NCBI GenBank assembly: GCA_023246005.1
Contig: JAHFJG010000009.1
Location: 1 to 47,914 of the forward strand
Source: Candidatus Doudnabacteria bacterium
GTDB lineage: Bacteria; Patescibacteriota; Doudnabacteria; UBA920; O2-02-FULL-48-8
Reading direction: 5' to 3'
Length of the DNA stretch: 47,914 bases
Below, piece by piece: positions 18,640 through 27,463 of the stretch. The first letter of the stretch is position 1; every line of letters starts with the position of its first letter. The notes under the pieces are model-generated. The model was given only the letters and a program-made list of their open reading frames with translations. It did not search any database and had not been told where the DNA came from. The translations under genes and the position numbers were made by a program.

Positions 18640-19593
18640 ATGAAGCGTTTACTTTTCGCCGCACTGCTTGTGGTTCTCGTTTCGTCGTTCGCGTGGGCAC
18701 AAGACGGTCAAATCAGCCTGTCATTCGCCGACACGCCGGTCTACCAGATCGTCAACGCGATCGCCGCGGGCCAAGGCTACAAGCTCAAGCCTGCCGACAA
18801 CCTGCCTGGTGAGAAGGTCAGCATCAATATAGCTGACCAGACCATGGCGCAGGCACTAACGCAGTTGCTTAACCCGCGCGGTTTCGGCTTCCTGATCAAC
18901 TCCACTGATCACGTGATCGTGGTGTACAAGCAAGAAGGCGTGCCTAACGTTGCTAGTAGTATTGCGACTCCTTCACAACAGCCACGCACCGCAATTCAGG
19001 GCGCTCCTTGGGATTTGAGCGTAGCAGGATCATCATATGCGGCTGGAGTTCGAGGGTTCGATGCTCGGGCTTATGCCAGAGAGGCCATGGTAGCCGGAAC
19101 TTACTTGGAAGACCGAGCCTACCTTGAACAACGTCGATTTTCCGGCAGTGACTTGGCGTACTCTCCGGCGAGCTACGGTAGTTCTGGTTTCGGGCGGGTA
19201 TACGGCGGGTACTATGGTGGTAGCTATGGCTACGTCGATCCAGTGTATGGCGCGAGATTTCGAGGCGCGGCAACCACAGGATACATGAAGATCAACGCCA
19301 ACAAAGACACCCATTTTGCAAAGTACCTCCACGTACTACGCAAGGAGGGAAACAATTGGGTGTATGTGGGTGGGGGCGGCAAGTCGTTCCGCAGTTTCCA
19401 TGATCCGATGGAACTGCCAGTCGGACATCAGACCCTGCGATTCGAGCTACGGCGCGATGGCAAAACCCGCTACCTCACGGAGGAGTTTGATATCATGTCC
19501 AAATTCGACCGCCAACATGCGCTACAATACACGGTCGATGAAGATATGTTCAACTCCTTTGCAGATACAGAGGAGATTAAGCGCGAACAGTAA
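18640..19593 (+). CDS. Secreted protein with STN/secretin N0-like domain
   Basis: Signal peptide ending AWA; ISLSFADTPV...KVSINIADQTMAQALTQLL pattern; GY-rich linker. Confidence 0.7.
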   Translation: MKRLLFAALLVVLVSSFAWAQDGQISLSFADTPVYQIVNAIAAGQGYKLKPADNLPGEKVSINIADQTMAQALTQLLNPRGFGFLINSTDHVIVVYKQEGVPNVASSIATPSQQPRTAIQGAPWDLSVAGSSYAAGVRGFDARAYAREAMVAGTYLEDRAYLEQRRFSGSDLAYSPASYGSSGFGRVYGGYYGGSYGYVDPVYGARFRGAATTGYMKINANKDTHFAKYLHVLRKEGNNWVYVGGGGKSFRSFHDPMELPVGHQTLRFELRRDGKTRYLTEEFDIMSKFDRQHALQYTVDEDMFNSFADTEEIKREQ

Positions 19594-19664
19594 TAGAATA
19601 CCGACGCTTCAAAAACAAAACGGCTGGTCCCTTTCATGGGATCAGCCGTCTTATTATTTTTGAT

Positions 19665-20036
19665 CTATGCTCGGCCGAACAGGGCGTTAGAAATTACAGC
19701 AACAATGACGTATGACAAAATAACTACAACCAAACCAATAATGGCGTTTTGTATCGCTTTCTTTCCGGCTTCGGCCTGTTCTTCATTCCCCGCGGAGGTA
19801 ATATAACGGAAGCCACCATAAATAAGAAAGCCAACTGTGATAATACCTACCACTACAAGAAAAACATCGATATAGTACAAAACTACGTTGGTAAACGTAT
19901 CAGTTTCTTGTCCTGGCAGCCCAGCTGGTTTGGGTAAATCAAGAGCTGCGAATGCAGGTATCGCTAATAATGACCCAATTAGGAATGAACCTAATAGCAG
20001 TATTTTTCTTATCTGCCGCTTCATGAAATTGATCAT
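19665..20036 (-). CDS. TrbC/VirB2-like pilin
   Basis: YGGFRYITSAGNEEQAEAGKKAIQNAIIGLVVVILSY. Confidence 0.88.
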   Translation of the reverse strand: MINFMKRQIRKILLLGSFLIGSLLAIPAFAALDLPKPAGLPGQETDTFTNVVLYYIDVFLVVVGIITVGFLIYGGFRYITSAGNEEQAEAGKKAIQNAIIGLVVVILSYVIVAVISNALFGRA

Positions 20037-20037
20037 G

Positions 20038-20442
20038 TTATACCTGGTTGGAAACCAAAGCGTTGGAGATGACGCGCACGATCACGAACGACAGAATGAT
20101 TACCACGATACCAATAATGGCATTCGTAATAATTTTCTTAGCTTGTTCCGCAGTCTCTTCATTGCCGGCGGAAGTGATATAGCGGAAGCCGCCGATGATC
20201 AGGAACAAGACTGCAATCAAGCCGGCAACGGCTAAAGCAATGTTAATTATCTTAATAACGAACCCTGACACTGAAGTATCGTTTGGCAAGCCAGATCCAG
20301 CACCGCTTGGTGTTTGAAATTGAGCAAAAGCAAACGGAGCTAGAGCTAAAACACCAGTTAGCACTAAAACCGAAATTTGAGTTGCTTTTGCAATTGAACT
20401 TTGTTTTCCGCCAAAGGCGGACATATTCACTATTTGTTTCAT
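20038..20442 (-). CDS. TrbC/VirB2-like pilin
   Basis: GGFRYITSAGNEETAEQAKKIITNAIIG. Confidence 0.88.
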   Translation of the reverse strand: MKQIVNMSAFGGKQSSIAKATQISVLVLTGVLALAPFAFAQFQTPSGAGSGLPNDTSVSGFVIKIINIALAVAGLIAVLFLIIGGFRYITSAGNEETAEQAKKIITNAIIGIVVIILSFVIVRVISNALVSNQV

Positions 20443-20548
20443 ATACTTAATTCTTCATTAATTTTTGATATTGTTATTATACTACGATATTTATCATTAC
20501 GCAAAAACCTAATTTTCGACCTTTAACCCGTCTGACGGGTTTTAAATA

Positions 20549-20953
20549 TTAAATACTCCCATTTAAAGCATTAATAATTACGGCAACTATGATATAAGAC
20601 AAGATGACAATAACTAAGCCTATTATAGCATTAGTCAAGGTTTTCTTGCCAGCTTCGGCCTGTTCTTCGTTTCCATGAGAGGTAATGAATTGAAAACCGC
20701 CAATGATGATAAAAAGTATAGAGATTATGCCAACAATAGGCAGTAATATTTTTTCAATTACAAAAAGGATAATACCCTTAAAACTATTGTCGCCGATGTT
20801 AACAAAGTAATCCGTATTCGGGTTATTAATTTTAACAGCAAAAACTGGCCCAGCGACTATGAGCAACAAAATTATTAAATTAATTATAATTAGTGCTTTT
20901 TTCATATTTATCCTCTTACACTTGTGCTCCAAATAATTTAGCGGTGGCAACAA
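20549..20953 (-). CDS. TrbC/VirB2-like pilin (true start probably MKKAL at 20905)
   Basis: GGFQFITSHGNEEQAEAGKKTLTNAIIG. Confidence 0.88.
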   Translation of the reverse strand: MLPPLNYLEHKCKRINMKKALIIINLIILLLIVAGPVFAVKINNPNTDYFVNIGDNSFKGIILFVIEKILLPIVGIISILFIIIGGFQFITSHGNEEQAEAGKKTLTNAIIGLVIVILSYIIVAVIINALNGSI

Positions 20954-21560
20954 CTATGACATAAGCTAACAATGCTACCACTAATCCTATTATAGCCCAT
21001 TGCAAACTCTGCTTCGCTTGAGTTACTTGCTCCTCATTGCCTTGCGCGGTTATGTAACGAAAGCCAGCAATAATAATCATCAAAATCGCCAGCAAGCCCG
21101 CAACTTCCAAAAATCCCGTTATCATTTTTGTCAGTAAATCACCGAAGGTGTTGCTGGTCAAGGGGTTTTGGACTGGATTTGTTCCCTCTGGTATATCTTT
21201 TGTTCCGATATAATTGCCAATAGCGGAAATTATAACATAAGCAAATAAACTTAAAACAAAACCTGATAAAGTCCATTGCAGCGCAGCTTTAGATTTCGTG
21301 ATCTCTTCTTCGTTGCCCCCTGATGCGATCATTCTGAAACCAGAAAATACGACCATGATTATTACAGTCAATCCCATTAACAAACCAAAAGTTTTCGCGA
21401 GATAAGTCAGAGCCATTTGAAGAGTGTCAATGCCGGCTGCCGCTGGATTACAAAGCGCGACCTGATTTCCAGCCGAGTCGCTGCAACTCTGCAAATTTGC
21501 CATTGAAAAATTGGGGATCAATAAAGCACTCAAAAAAATAATGAATAACAAGCGCTTCAT
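20916..21560 (-). CDS. Tandem two-domain TrbC/VirB2-like pilin
   Basis: Two copies of GFR..(S/A).GNEE...K..LQW. Confidence 0.85.
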   Translation of the reverse strand: MKRLLFIIFLSALLIPNFSMANLQSCSDSAGNQVALCNPAAAGIDTLQMALTYLAKTFGLLMGLTVIIMVVFSGFRMIASGGNEEEITKSKAALQWTLSGFVLSLFAYVIISAIGNYIGTKDIPEGTNPVQNPLTSNTFGDLLTKMITGFLEVAGLLAILMIIIAGFRYITAQGNEEQVTQAKQSLQWAIIGLVVALLAYVIVVATAKLFGAQV

Positions 21561-22012
21561 TTATTTTTGGGCAAATTGTTTAAAACGCCAAAAGCATCTT
21601 TAACTGAATTTTGATAATCAAGCGTCTGACCTGTAGCAACCGAAATAATAAAATTCAACAATAAAAAAGACGCCATAACTAAAAAAAATCCAATTATCGC
21701 ATGCGTTAAAGCTGATTTAGCTTTAGTAATTGCCTCTTCATTTCCAGCGGCATTGATCATTTCCCATCCGGCCCAAACAATAAAAAACAAAGCCACTAAC
21801 CAAGCCCAGGCTAATAAATAATTTATTATGTTTACTACCACTTCTACCAAATCATGAATACTGCATTGATTGGCCGCAATTTCTTCAGGAGTTGGGTTGG
21901 GTCCTAAACCAGCGCTGCTGCCGCATTTAACAAGACCTGCCTGCGCTATATTAACTGATACAAATAGCAATAAACATGAAATAATAAATATTATTTTTAA
22001 TTTTAGTTTCAT
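21557..22012 (-). CDS. TrbC/VirB2-like pilin with Cys pair
   Basis: GLVKCG...C and AAGNEEAITKAKSALTHAIIG. Confidence 0.85.
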   Translation of the reverse strand: MKLKLKIIFIISCLLLFVSVNIAQAGLVKCGSSAGLGPNPTPEEIAANQCSIHDLVEVVVNIINYLLAWAWLVALFFIVWAGWEMINAAGNEEAITKAKSALTHAIIGFFLVMASFLLLNFIISVATGQTLDYQNSVKDAFGVLNNLPKNK

Positions 22013-22051
22013 CGAATTTTAAATCAAAAGTGAATATACTATACCACAAAT

Positions 22052-23365
22052 CTACCGTTGCTGCAAATTAAGATTAATCTGCTGAACTGCATTGCGCAAT
22101 GCGTCATCAGGGCTGAAATTATGCAAGACCACATCATCAATCATCTTGGTAAACACGCCTTCAAACAAGTTAGCGTCTTTTTTATACACACTGCGCGCAG
22201 TCAGAGCGCTTTCGGCAAATGAACCAATCTGCGTATCTGATGCTTGATCTGGCAACATATCTTTCCTGGAAGCCACAAGCTTGTGTTTGGCATAATATTT
22301 GGTAAGCTCCGGTTTGCTGCTGATAAAGTTTAAAAAATCCCAAGCCGCGGCAGGGCTTTTGGAAGATTTAGAGACAGCTTCCCCCCAATAATTGGCAAAA
22401 TTGACTTTAGTCGTCTGTTCGCTGATTTGGGGCGCGGCTGCTACTCCCCAATTCAAATTCGGGGCTTTACTGCTAATCACAGGTGCGGTATAAGCATAGT
22501 TTAATATCATGGCGACTTTGCCTTGAGTAAATGCATCAATGCTGGCATCGGACTTGGAATTCCAAGTGTAGGAAGTTTTGGCCGGATCAGTAAATTGGGT
22601 ATAAAAAGTTAGAGCCGTGGAGCCGGGATTAAATGATTGGTTAGTAGTCGGATCATTCTGTGTCTGGTCAAACACTGCGGTATTCAAATCATTGGAATAA
22701 AACTTAGTGCCATTTTGCAGCATTAAAAGACTGATAATATCTACAGCTCTGTTAACATTATTGGAAGTACCCAGAGCCACGCCTGAACGAGCAAACTTAC
22801 CAGGATTTGATACTTTGGTAATTTTTTGAACATCACTGACTAGTTCTGGCCAAGTGGTCGGCGGTTGGGCGATACCTGCTGAATTTAAAAGGTCTTTATT
22901 ATAATAAAGACCTAAAACATCAACTGATACAGGAATAGCATAAATTTTATTATTATTGACAAAATCTGAAGTCGCTACGTCCACAAAAGTCTGCTGATAA
23001 GTTCGGAGACTCATAAGAGTATCTGGGATTGGAAACATCTTGTCAGAGTGTTTGGCCAGCCAATCATTGTGAATAGTGAAGATATCAGGACCGGTTCCTG
23101 CGGCAATGGCATTAACCAGATCCTGTTCATAAGTCGTCACGTCTTTTTTCACAAAGTTAATCGTGACGTTTTTGTGAATCTTTTGATAGTCGTTAATTAG
23201 ATCCTGGACATTTTCAGAATCTTCAAATGTTTTCCACCAAATAAGCGTTACCCTGCCATTATTGCCAGATTTGGGTGATGTGCCGGACGAAAAAAATAAA
23301 ACTCCAGCCAAAATTAGAAGCAGAACTATTACACCACCGATAATATAATATTTTTTGTTTTCCAT
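22052..23365 (-). CDS. Extracellular solute-binding protein (sugar ABC type)
   Basis: N-terminal anchor, GPDIF, LYYNKDL, PTTW, AAWDFLNF. Confidence 0.88.
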   Translation of the reverse strand: MENKKYYIIGGVIVLLLILAGVLFFSSGTSPKSGNNGRVTLIWWKTFEDSENVQDLINDYQKIHKNVTINFVKKDVTTYEQDLVNAIAAGTGPDIFTIHNDWLAKHSDKMFPIPDTLMSLRTYQQTFVDVATSDFVNNNKIYAIPVSVDVLGLYYNKDLLNSAGIAQPPTTWPELVSDVQKITKVSNPGKFARSGVALGTSNNVNRAVDIISLLMLQNGTKFYSNDLNTAVFDQTQNDPTTNQSFNPGSTALTFYTQFTDPAKTSYTWNSKSDASIDAFTQGKVAMILNYAYTAPVISSKAPNLNWGVAAAPQISEQTTKVNFANYWGEAVSKSSKSPAAAWDFLNFISSKPELTKYYAKHKLVASRKDMLPDQASDTQIGSFAESALTARSVYKKDANLFEGVFTKMIDDVVLHNFSPDDALRNAVQQINLNLQQR

Positions 23366-23370
23366 TACTT

Positions 23371-24249
23371 TTATTTTACTATATTTTTCAAATATTCGGC
23401 AAATTCTGATTTGAGATCATCATGCTTGAGCCCAAACTCTACTACAGCCTTAAGATACTCTAGCTTATTGCCGCAGTCATAGTATTTTGCATTCTTAAGT
23501 TCCAAAGCGAAAACATCCCTTTTTTTAATCAACCTATCAATCGCTTCTGGCAGCCAAATCTCGCCTCCGCGGCTAGGCGGCATGGTTTCTAAAATTTTAA
23601 AAATATCCGGAGTCAACAAATAATTTCCGTGCGTGGCGAGATTAGAGGGAGCTTTCCCAGTCTCGGGCTTTTCTACAATCCTGTTAATTTTATAAACATT
23701 ATCTTTAACAGCCGTCACGTCCGCAATTCCATAGCGACTAACTTCAGCCTCGCCCACGCGAACTCCCGCGATCATTGGTCCTTGATATTGCTCATAAGCT
23801 TGAATCAGTTGTTTAACGGCAGATGGCTGGGCATGAAAGAACTCATCACCCCACATCACGATAAACGGTTCGTCTCCCACCACGTCTTTGGCCATCAGTA
23901 CGGCATGTCCATTACCTAAAGCTTCTTTTTGCCGGACATAGACAAAATTGGCCAATTCCGAAATTTTTCTGACTGCTTCAAGTTCTTCTTTTTTGTTGGC
24001 TTGAGCCAGATGAGCTTCTAATTCAAAATGTCGATCGAAATGATCTTCAATCGCTCGTTTATGCCAACCAGTAACTATAATAATTTGTTCAATTCCGGCT
24101 TCAACTGCTTGCTCCACGACATATTGTATCACTGGCTTATCAACGATCGGTAGCATCTCCTTGGGTTGGGCTTTCGTGGCTGGCAAAAATCTCGTGCCGA
24201 ATCCGGCTGCTGGAATTACTGCTTTACGAACTTTTTTGAGTGTAGACAT
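23371..24249 (-). CDS. galU: UTP--glucose-1-phosphate uridylyltransferase
   Basis: KAVIPAAGFGTRFLPATKAQPKEMLPIVDKP, VEKP. Confidence 0.95.
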   Translation of the reverse strand: MSTLKKVRKAVIPAAGFGTRFLPATKAQPKEMLPIVDKPVIQYVVEQAVEAGIEQIIIVTGWHKRAIEDHFDRHFELEAHLAQANKKEELEAVRKISELANFVYVRQKEALGNGHAVLMAKDVVGDEPFIVMWGDEFFHAQPSAVKQLIQAYEQYQGPMIAGVRVGEAEVSRYGIADVTAVKDNVYKINRIVEKPETGKAPSNLATHGNYLLTPDIFKILETMPPSRGGEIWLPEAIDRLIKKRDVFALELKNAKYYDCGNKLEYLKAVVEFGLKHDDLKSEFAEYLKNIVK

Positions 24250-24261
24250 AGCCCATATATT

Positions 24262-25782
24262 CTACTCTACTTTCGGTCTGTATTGCAACGCTTCGGCTAA
24301 ATGATTAATGGCTATGTCTGGAATTCCTTCAAGATCAGCAATGGTCCTGGCTAACTTTAAAATCCGATGATAAGATCGAGCGGATAAATACATTTTTACC
24401 ACAGCAGTTTTCATAAAATTTTGCTCATCGCTGCCAAGCTGGCAAAATTCTTTAATCTCTTTAATGCCCATTTCAGAATTAGTTTTTATTCCTTTTAAAT
24501 TCGTAAATCTTTCGGTTTGAATGTCCCTGGCTTTCTGGACTCTAACCTGAATATTTTCTGAAGATTCTCCGGGTGATTCTGAAGATAATTTTTCATATTC
24601 CAAACGGCCGACCTCGACATGCAAATCAATGCGATCGAGCAATGGCCCTGAAATCTTTTTTTGATACTTCATGATTTGACCAGGAGTACAAATACAGCTT
24701 TTGGTTGGATCTGAATAATAGCCGCAGGGACAAGGGTTCTGAGCTGCAACCAAAGTAAACTGGGCTGGAAATGTGGCTGTGGAATGCACACGCGCAACTG
24801 TCACAATACCATCTTCCAAGGGCTGTCTTAGATTCTCAAGTACCGATCGGGAGAATTCCGGAAATTCATCCAAGAACAAAACACCTCGATGGGCCAGAGA
24901 AATTTCACCTGGTTTCGGGTTGCTTCCTCCCCCGACTAAAGCAATTCCAGAGGTTGTGTGGTGCGGACTCCGAAAAGGTCTGGCTGTAACTAAAGTTTTA
25001 TTTATGTTCAATAACCCTGCTACACTATAAACTTTCGTAATTTCTAAAACCTCATCTGCAGTCAGTTTAGGCAAAATTGAAGGCAAGGCTTTGGCGAGCA
25101 ATGTTTTGCCAGTGCCAGGAGGACCAGACAAAAGTAAATTATGTCCTCCAGAAGCTGCGATTTCAAGCGCGCGTTTGGCTGCCTCTTGGCCTTTGATCAG
25201 CTGCATATCAAAGACCGTTTCAGGCGTTTGTAAAATTCTATTCCAATCAGCAGATTCAACCATTTCAACTTTAATCAAGCCTTGTAAATAACCTATAACT
25301 TCATACAAACTTTTAACAGGGATAATTTCTATGCCAGTAACCAAGCTCGCTTCCTTGGTGTTGCCTTTGGGTATAAACACTTGTTTAAATCCCCGCTCCT
25401 TAGCCATGAGCAAAATTGACAAAACGCCAGAAACTGTCCTTAGATTTCCATCTAAGGCTAATTCTCCAACAAACAATTTATCTTTTGGTTCAAAAAATAT
25501 CTGACCGGAATTATGTAAAATAGATAACGCAATTGGCAAATCATAGTATGTCCCATTTTTAGGCAAGTCAGCAGGCGCTAGATTTACAGCAATGTGGGTG
25601 GGTGGAAAGATAGCACTGGAATTTCTGATTGCTGACTTGACTCGTTCTTTCGCTTCTTGGACAGCTGCGTCTGGCAAACCGACAATAATAGTTTTGGGCA
25701 AACCTCCTGAAATATCAACTTCGACCTCGATGAGTGCGGCATTCAAACCTATTAGAGACGCGGAATAAATTTTTGCGGGCAT
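24262..25782 (-). CDS. comM: YifB/ComM Mg-chelatase-like AAA+ ATPase
   Basis: VGLPDAAVQEAKERV, GPPGTGKT, PFRSPHH, PGEISLAHRGVLFLDE, NPCPCG; start set at MPAKIYS. Confidence 0.95.
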   Translation of the reverse strand: MPAKIYSASLIGLNAALIEVEVDISGGLPKTIIVGLPDAAVQEAKERVKSAIRNSSAIFPPTHIAVNLAPADLPKNGTYYDLPIALSILHNSGQIFFEPKDKLFVGELALDGNLRTVSGVLSILLMAKERGFKQVFIPKGNTKEASLVTGIEIIPVKSLYEVIGYLQGLIKVEMVESADWNRILQTPETVFDMQLIKGQEAAKRALEIAASGGHNLLLSGPPGTGKTLLAKALPSILPKLTADEVLEITKVYSVAGLLNINKTLVTARPFRSPHHTTSGIALVGGGSNPKPGEISLAHRGVLFLDEFPEFSRSVLENLRQPLEDGIVTVARVHSTATFPAQFTLVAAQNPCPCGYYSDPTKSCICTPGQIMKYQKKISGPLLDRIDLHVEVGRLEYEKLSSESPGESSENIQVRVQKARDIQTERFTNLKGIKTNSEMGIKEIKEFCQLGSDEQNFMKTAVVKMYLSARSYHRILKLARTIADLEGIPDIAINHLAEALQYRPKVE

Positions 25783-25783
25783 A

Positions 25784-26092
25784 CCCAGTATATCAACTTC
25801 CCGTGCCAAACGCCGATTGGCGTTGGTACTCTAATAATCTTAGTCCGGTAAATCTTCTGCCTTGGGTTGTTTTAAGATACTTCTCACGGCGTTTGGCATC
25901 TTTCTCTGATAAACAAGCTTCATAGTAAATAAGCTTAAAAGGCAGTCTAAACTTGGAGGAAAAGTTATAGCCATGCTCGTGTTCTTTTATTCGTCTAGTT
26001 AAATTGTTCGTATGCCCGATGTAGTTCTTACCGTCTGTTAAACTCTCAAGAATGTAGACATAAAAGAACACGTGGGAAGTTGTATTACTGGG
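25784..26092. mobile_element. Family B element carrying a GIY-YIG gene, with 4-bp target duplication
   Basis: CCCAGTATATCAACTTCCC...GGGAAGTTGTATTACTGGG flanked on both sides by CATA. Confidence 0.85.
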
Positions 26093-26095
26093 CAT
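25793..26095 (-). CDS. Small GIY-YIG nuclease family protein
   Basis: FYVYILES...YIGHT...RR..EH...YYEA...AKRREKYLK; stop codon lies in the inverted repeat; alternative GTG start at 26071. Confidence 0.92.
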   Translation of the reverse strand: MPSNTTSHVFFYVYILESLTDGKNYIGHTNNLTRRIKEHEHGYNFSSKFRLPFKLIYYEACLSEKDAKRREKYLKTTQGRRFTGLRLLEYQRQSAFGTGS

Positions 26096-26143
26096 AAAAA
26101 TCTTTATAATAAAAGCCCCAACTCCTATTGTCAGGGCTTCTCG

Positions 26144-26374
26144 TTATTTGCTACTTTGTTTGATAAAGCTTACTGCTTCATTTAAAGCTTGATTGAAGTC
26201 GCTGACTTCAGAATCAAAAATATTAATATAGCTTTTCTTTTTCTCATCCCCGTTGATTTCAGACTGTGTAATCTTCAAAAACGGTTTAGTATTTTTTGCA
26301 GACTTGACGTCAAAGAAATAAGTTCGGCGTCCGGCTGTTACTCTGGTTGAGAAAAGTGCTGGTGCAAATTCCAT
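26144..26374 (-). CDS. PUR-family (DUF3276-like) nucleic-acid-binding protein
   Basis: FSTRVTAGRRTYFFDVK...FLKITQS. Confidence 0.85.
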   Translation of the reverse strand: MEFAPALFSTRVTAGRRTYFFDVKSAKNTKPFLKITQSEINGDEKKKSYINIFDSEVSDFNQALNEAVSFIKQSSK

Positions 26375-26377
26375 ATT

Positions 26378-26581
26378 TTACCTCGTCCTACCTGCCGACC
26401 AGGCAGGCATTAATAATCCATTGAATCTGGCATTGACAATCAGCGGGACTCCGGACAGGCTGGCAACCTCACGGGCAATTGATTGCAACTTGCAATTATG
26501 GTGAACATTATTCGCACAATGTGCGCACAAATTTTTCAATTGACTGATGATGGTATGCTTTTGTTTTTCAAATTCGCTCAT
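26378..26581 (-). CDS. Small Cys/His-rich hypothetical protein
   Basis: CAHC...HHNC; directly coupled to lexA. Confidence 0.6.
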   Translation of the reverse strand: MSEFEKQKHTIISQLKNLCAHCANNVHHNCKLQSIAREVASLSGVPLIVNARFNGLLMPAWSAGRTR

Positions 26582-26582
26582 A

Positions 26583-27227
26583 TTACTCTAATCTTCTAAT
26601 TACTCCGATTACTTTACCCTGAATCGACCATTCATTTTCAGGGTAGATATTTGGATAATCCTTATTCTCGGCTTTCAAATAAAATTTATTGTCTTTTCCG
26701 CCAGAGGCGGATCCGCCTCCGGCGGATTTCACTAAACGCTTAACCGTAGCTTCATCTTCAAGCAATGCTACCACTATATCGTTGATATCTGCAATCTTTT
26801 GTTGCTTCACAATCACCAGATCCCCATTCAAGATTCCTGCATCCTTCATACTCATGCCTTGGACTTTTAGGAGAAAAACATCTTTGCGGCCTCGAATCAA
26901 ACTGGTTGGTAGATTCAGCCAATCTTCAATCTGTTCTTCAGCTAGCATGGGAAGTCCTGCTGTGATTCGGCCAAGTAATGGAACACTAATCAATCCTCGT
27001 CCTACAGGTTCACCTTCTGGATTTAAGACTTCAATGCCTCGAGCCTTACTTGATCTGCGGATGTAACCTTTAGTTTCCAAAACCCGGAGTAATTTTGCCA
27101 CAGCGTTTTTAGATTTAACTCTAAGGCCTTTGGCGATTTCTGAAATTGAAGGTGGAAGCCCTTTTTTTTGGATTTCATCAGTTAATAGTTCTAATAATTG
27201 TTTTTGCTTGGACGTTAGTTCATTCAT
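26583..27227 (-). CDS. lexA: SOS repressor LexA
   Basis: LTSKQ..., PPSISEI, AG cleavage site (ITAGLP), GMSM, ATVKR; start set at MNEL. Confidence 0.95.
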   Translation of the reverse strand: MNELTSKQKQLLELLTDEIQKKGLPPSISEIAKGLRVKSKNAVAKLLRVLETKGYIRRSSKARGIEVLNPEGEPVGRGLISVPLLGRITAGLPMLAEEQIEDWLNLPTSLIRGRKDVFLLKVQGMSMKDAGILNGDLVIVKQQKIADINDIVVALLEDEATVKRLVKSAGGGSASGGKDNKFYLKAENKDYPNIYPENEWSIQGKVIGVIRRLE

Positions 27228-27311
27228 ATGTTTGGAGGTTTTCGAAGGAACTAGTAGATTCGGGGCGGCTCCTAGCTTACCGGTTCCTTCGTTTTTACCT
27301 TCCATGATTAT

Positions 27312-27340
27312 ATGGTATACGATCGTTCACCTAGTGTCAA
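27312..27340 (-). promoter_or_regulatory. lexA promoter with possible SOS box in the spacer
   Basis: TTGACA-17 bp-TACCAT; GAAC-N4-GTAT resembles Gram-positive GAAC-N4-GTTC. Confidence 0.4.
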
Positions 27341-27364
27341 GAAGCTTAATTTATTAGCAAAATT

Positions 27365-27421
27365 AAAAAGCCTTTCGACTTTATCCCCACACCAAAATTT
27401 TGGTGTGGGGATTTATCCACA
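27365..27421. repeat. Direct repeat copy 1: terminator plus minimal family A palindrome
   Basis: aaaaagcctttcgacTTTA-tccccacaccaaaattttggtgtgggga-TTTA. Confidence 0.85.
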
Positions 27422-27463
27422 AAAGAAAAAAGCCTCACCGCAAGAAACGGCAAAGCTAGTGAC

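Noticed and set aside
13882-19593. Prophage or conjugative element
   Set aside because: No integrase, structural, replication or relaxase genes recognised.
20525-20541. AACCCGTCTGACGGGTT as a minimal family C element
   Set aside because: Resembles the CCCGT...ACGGG ends but lacks the TAGAAA core and an exact duplication; equally explained as a pilin terminator.
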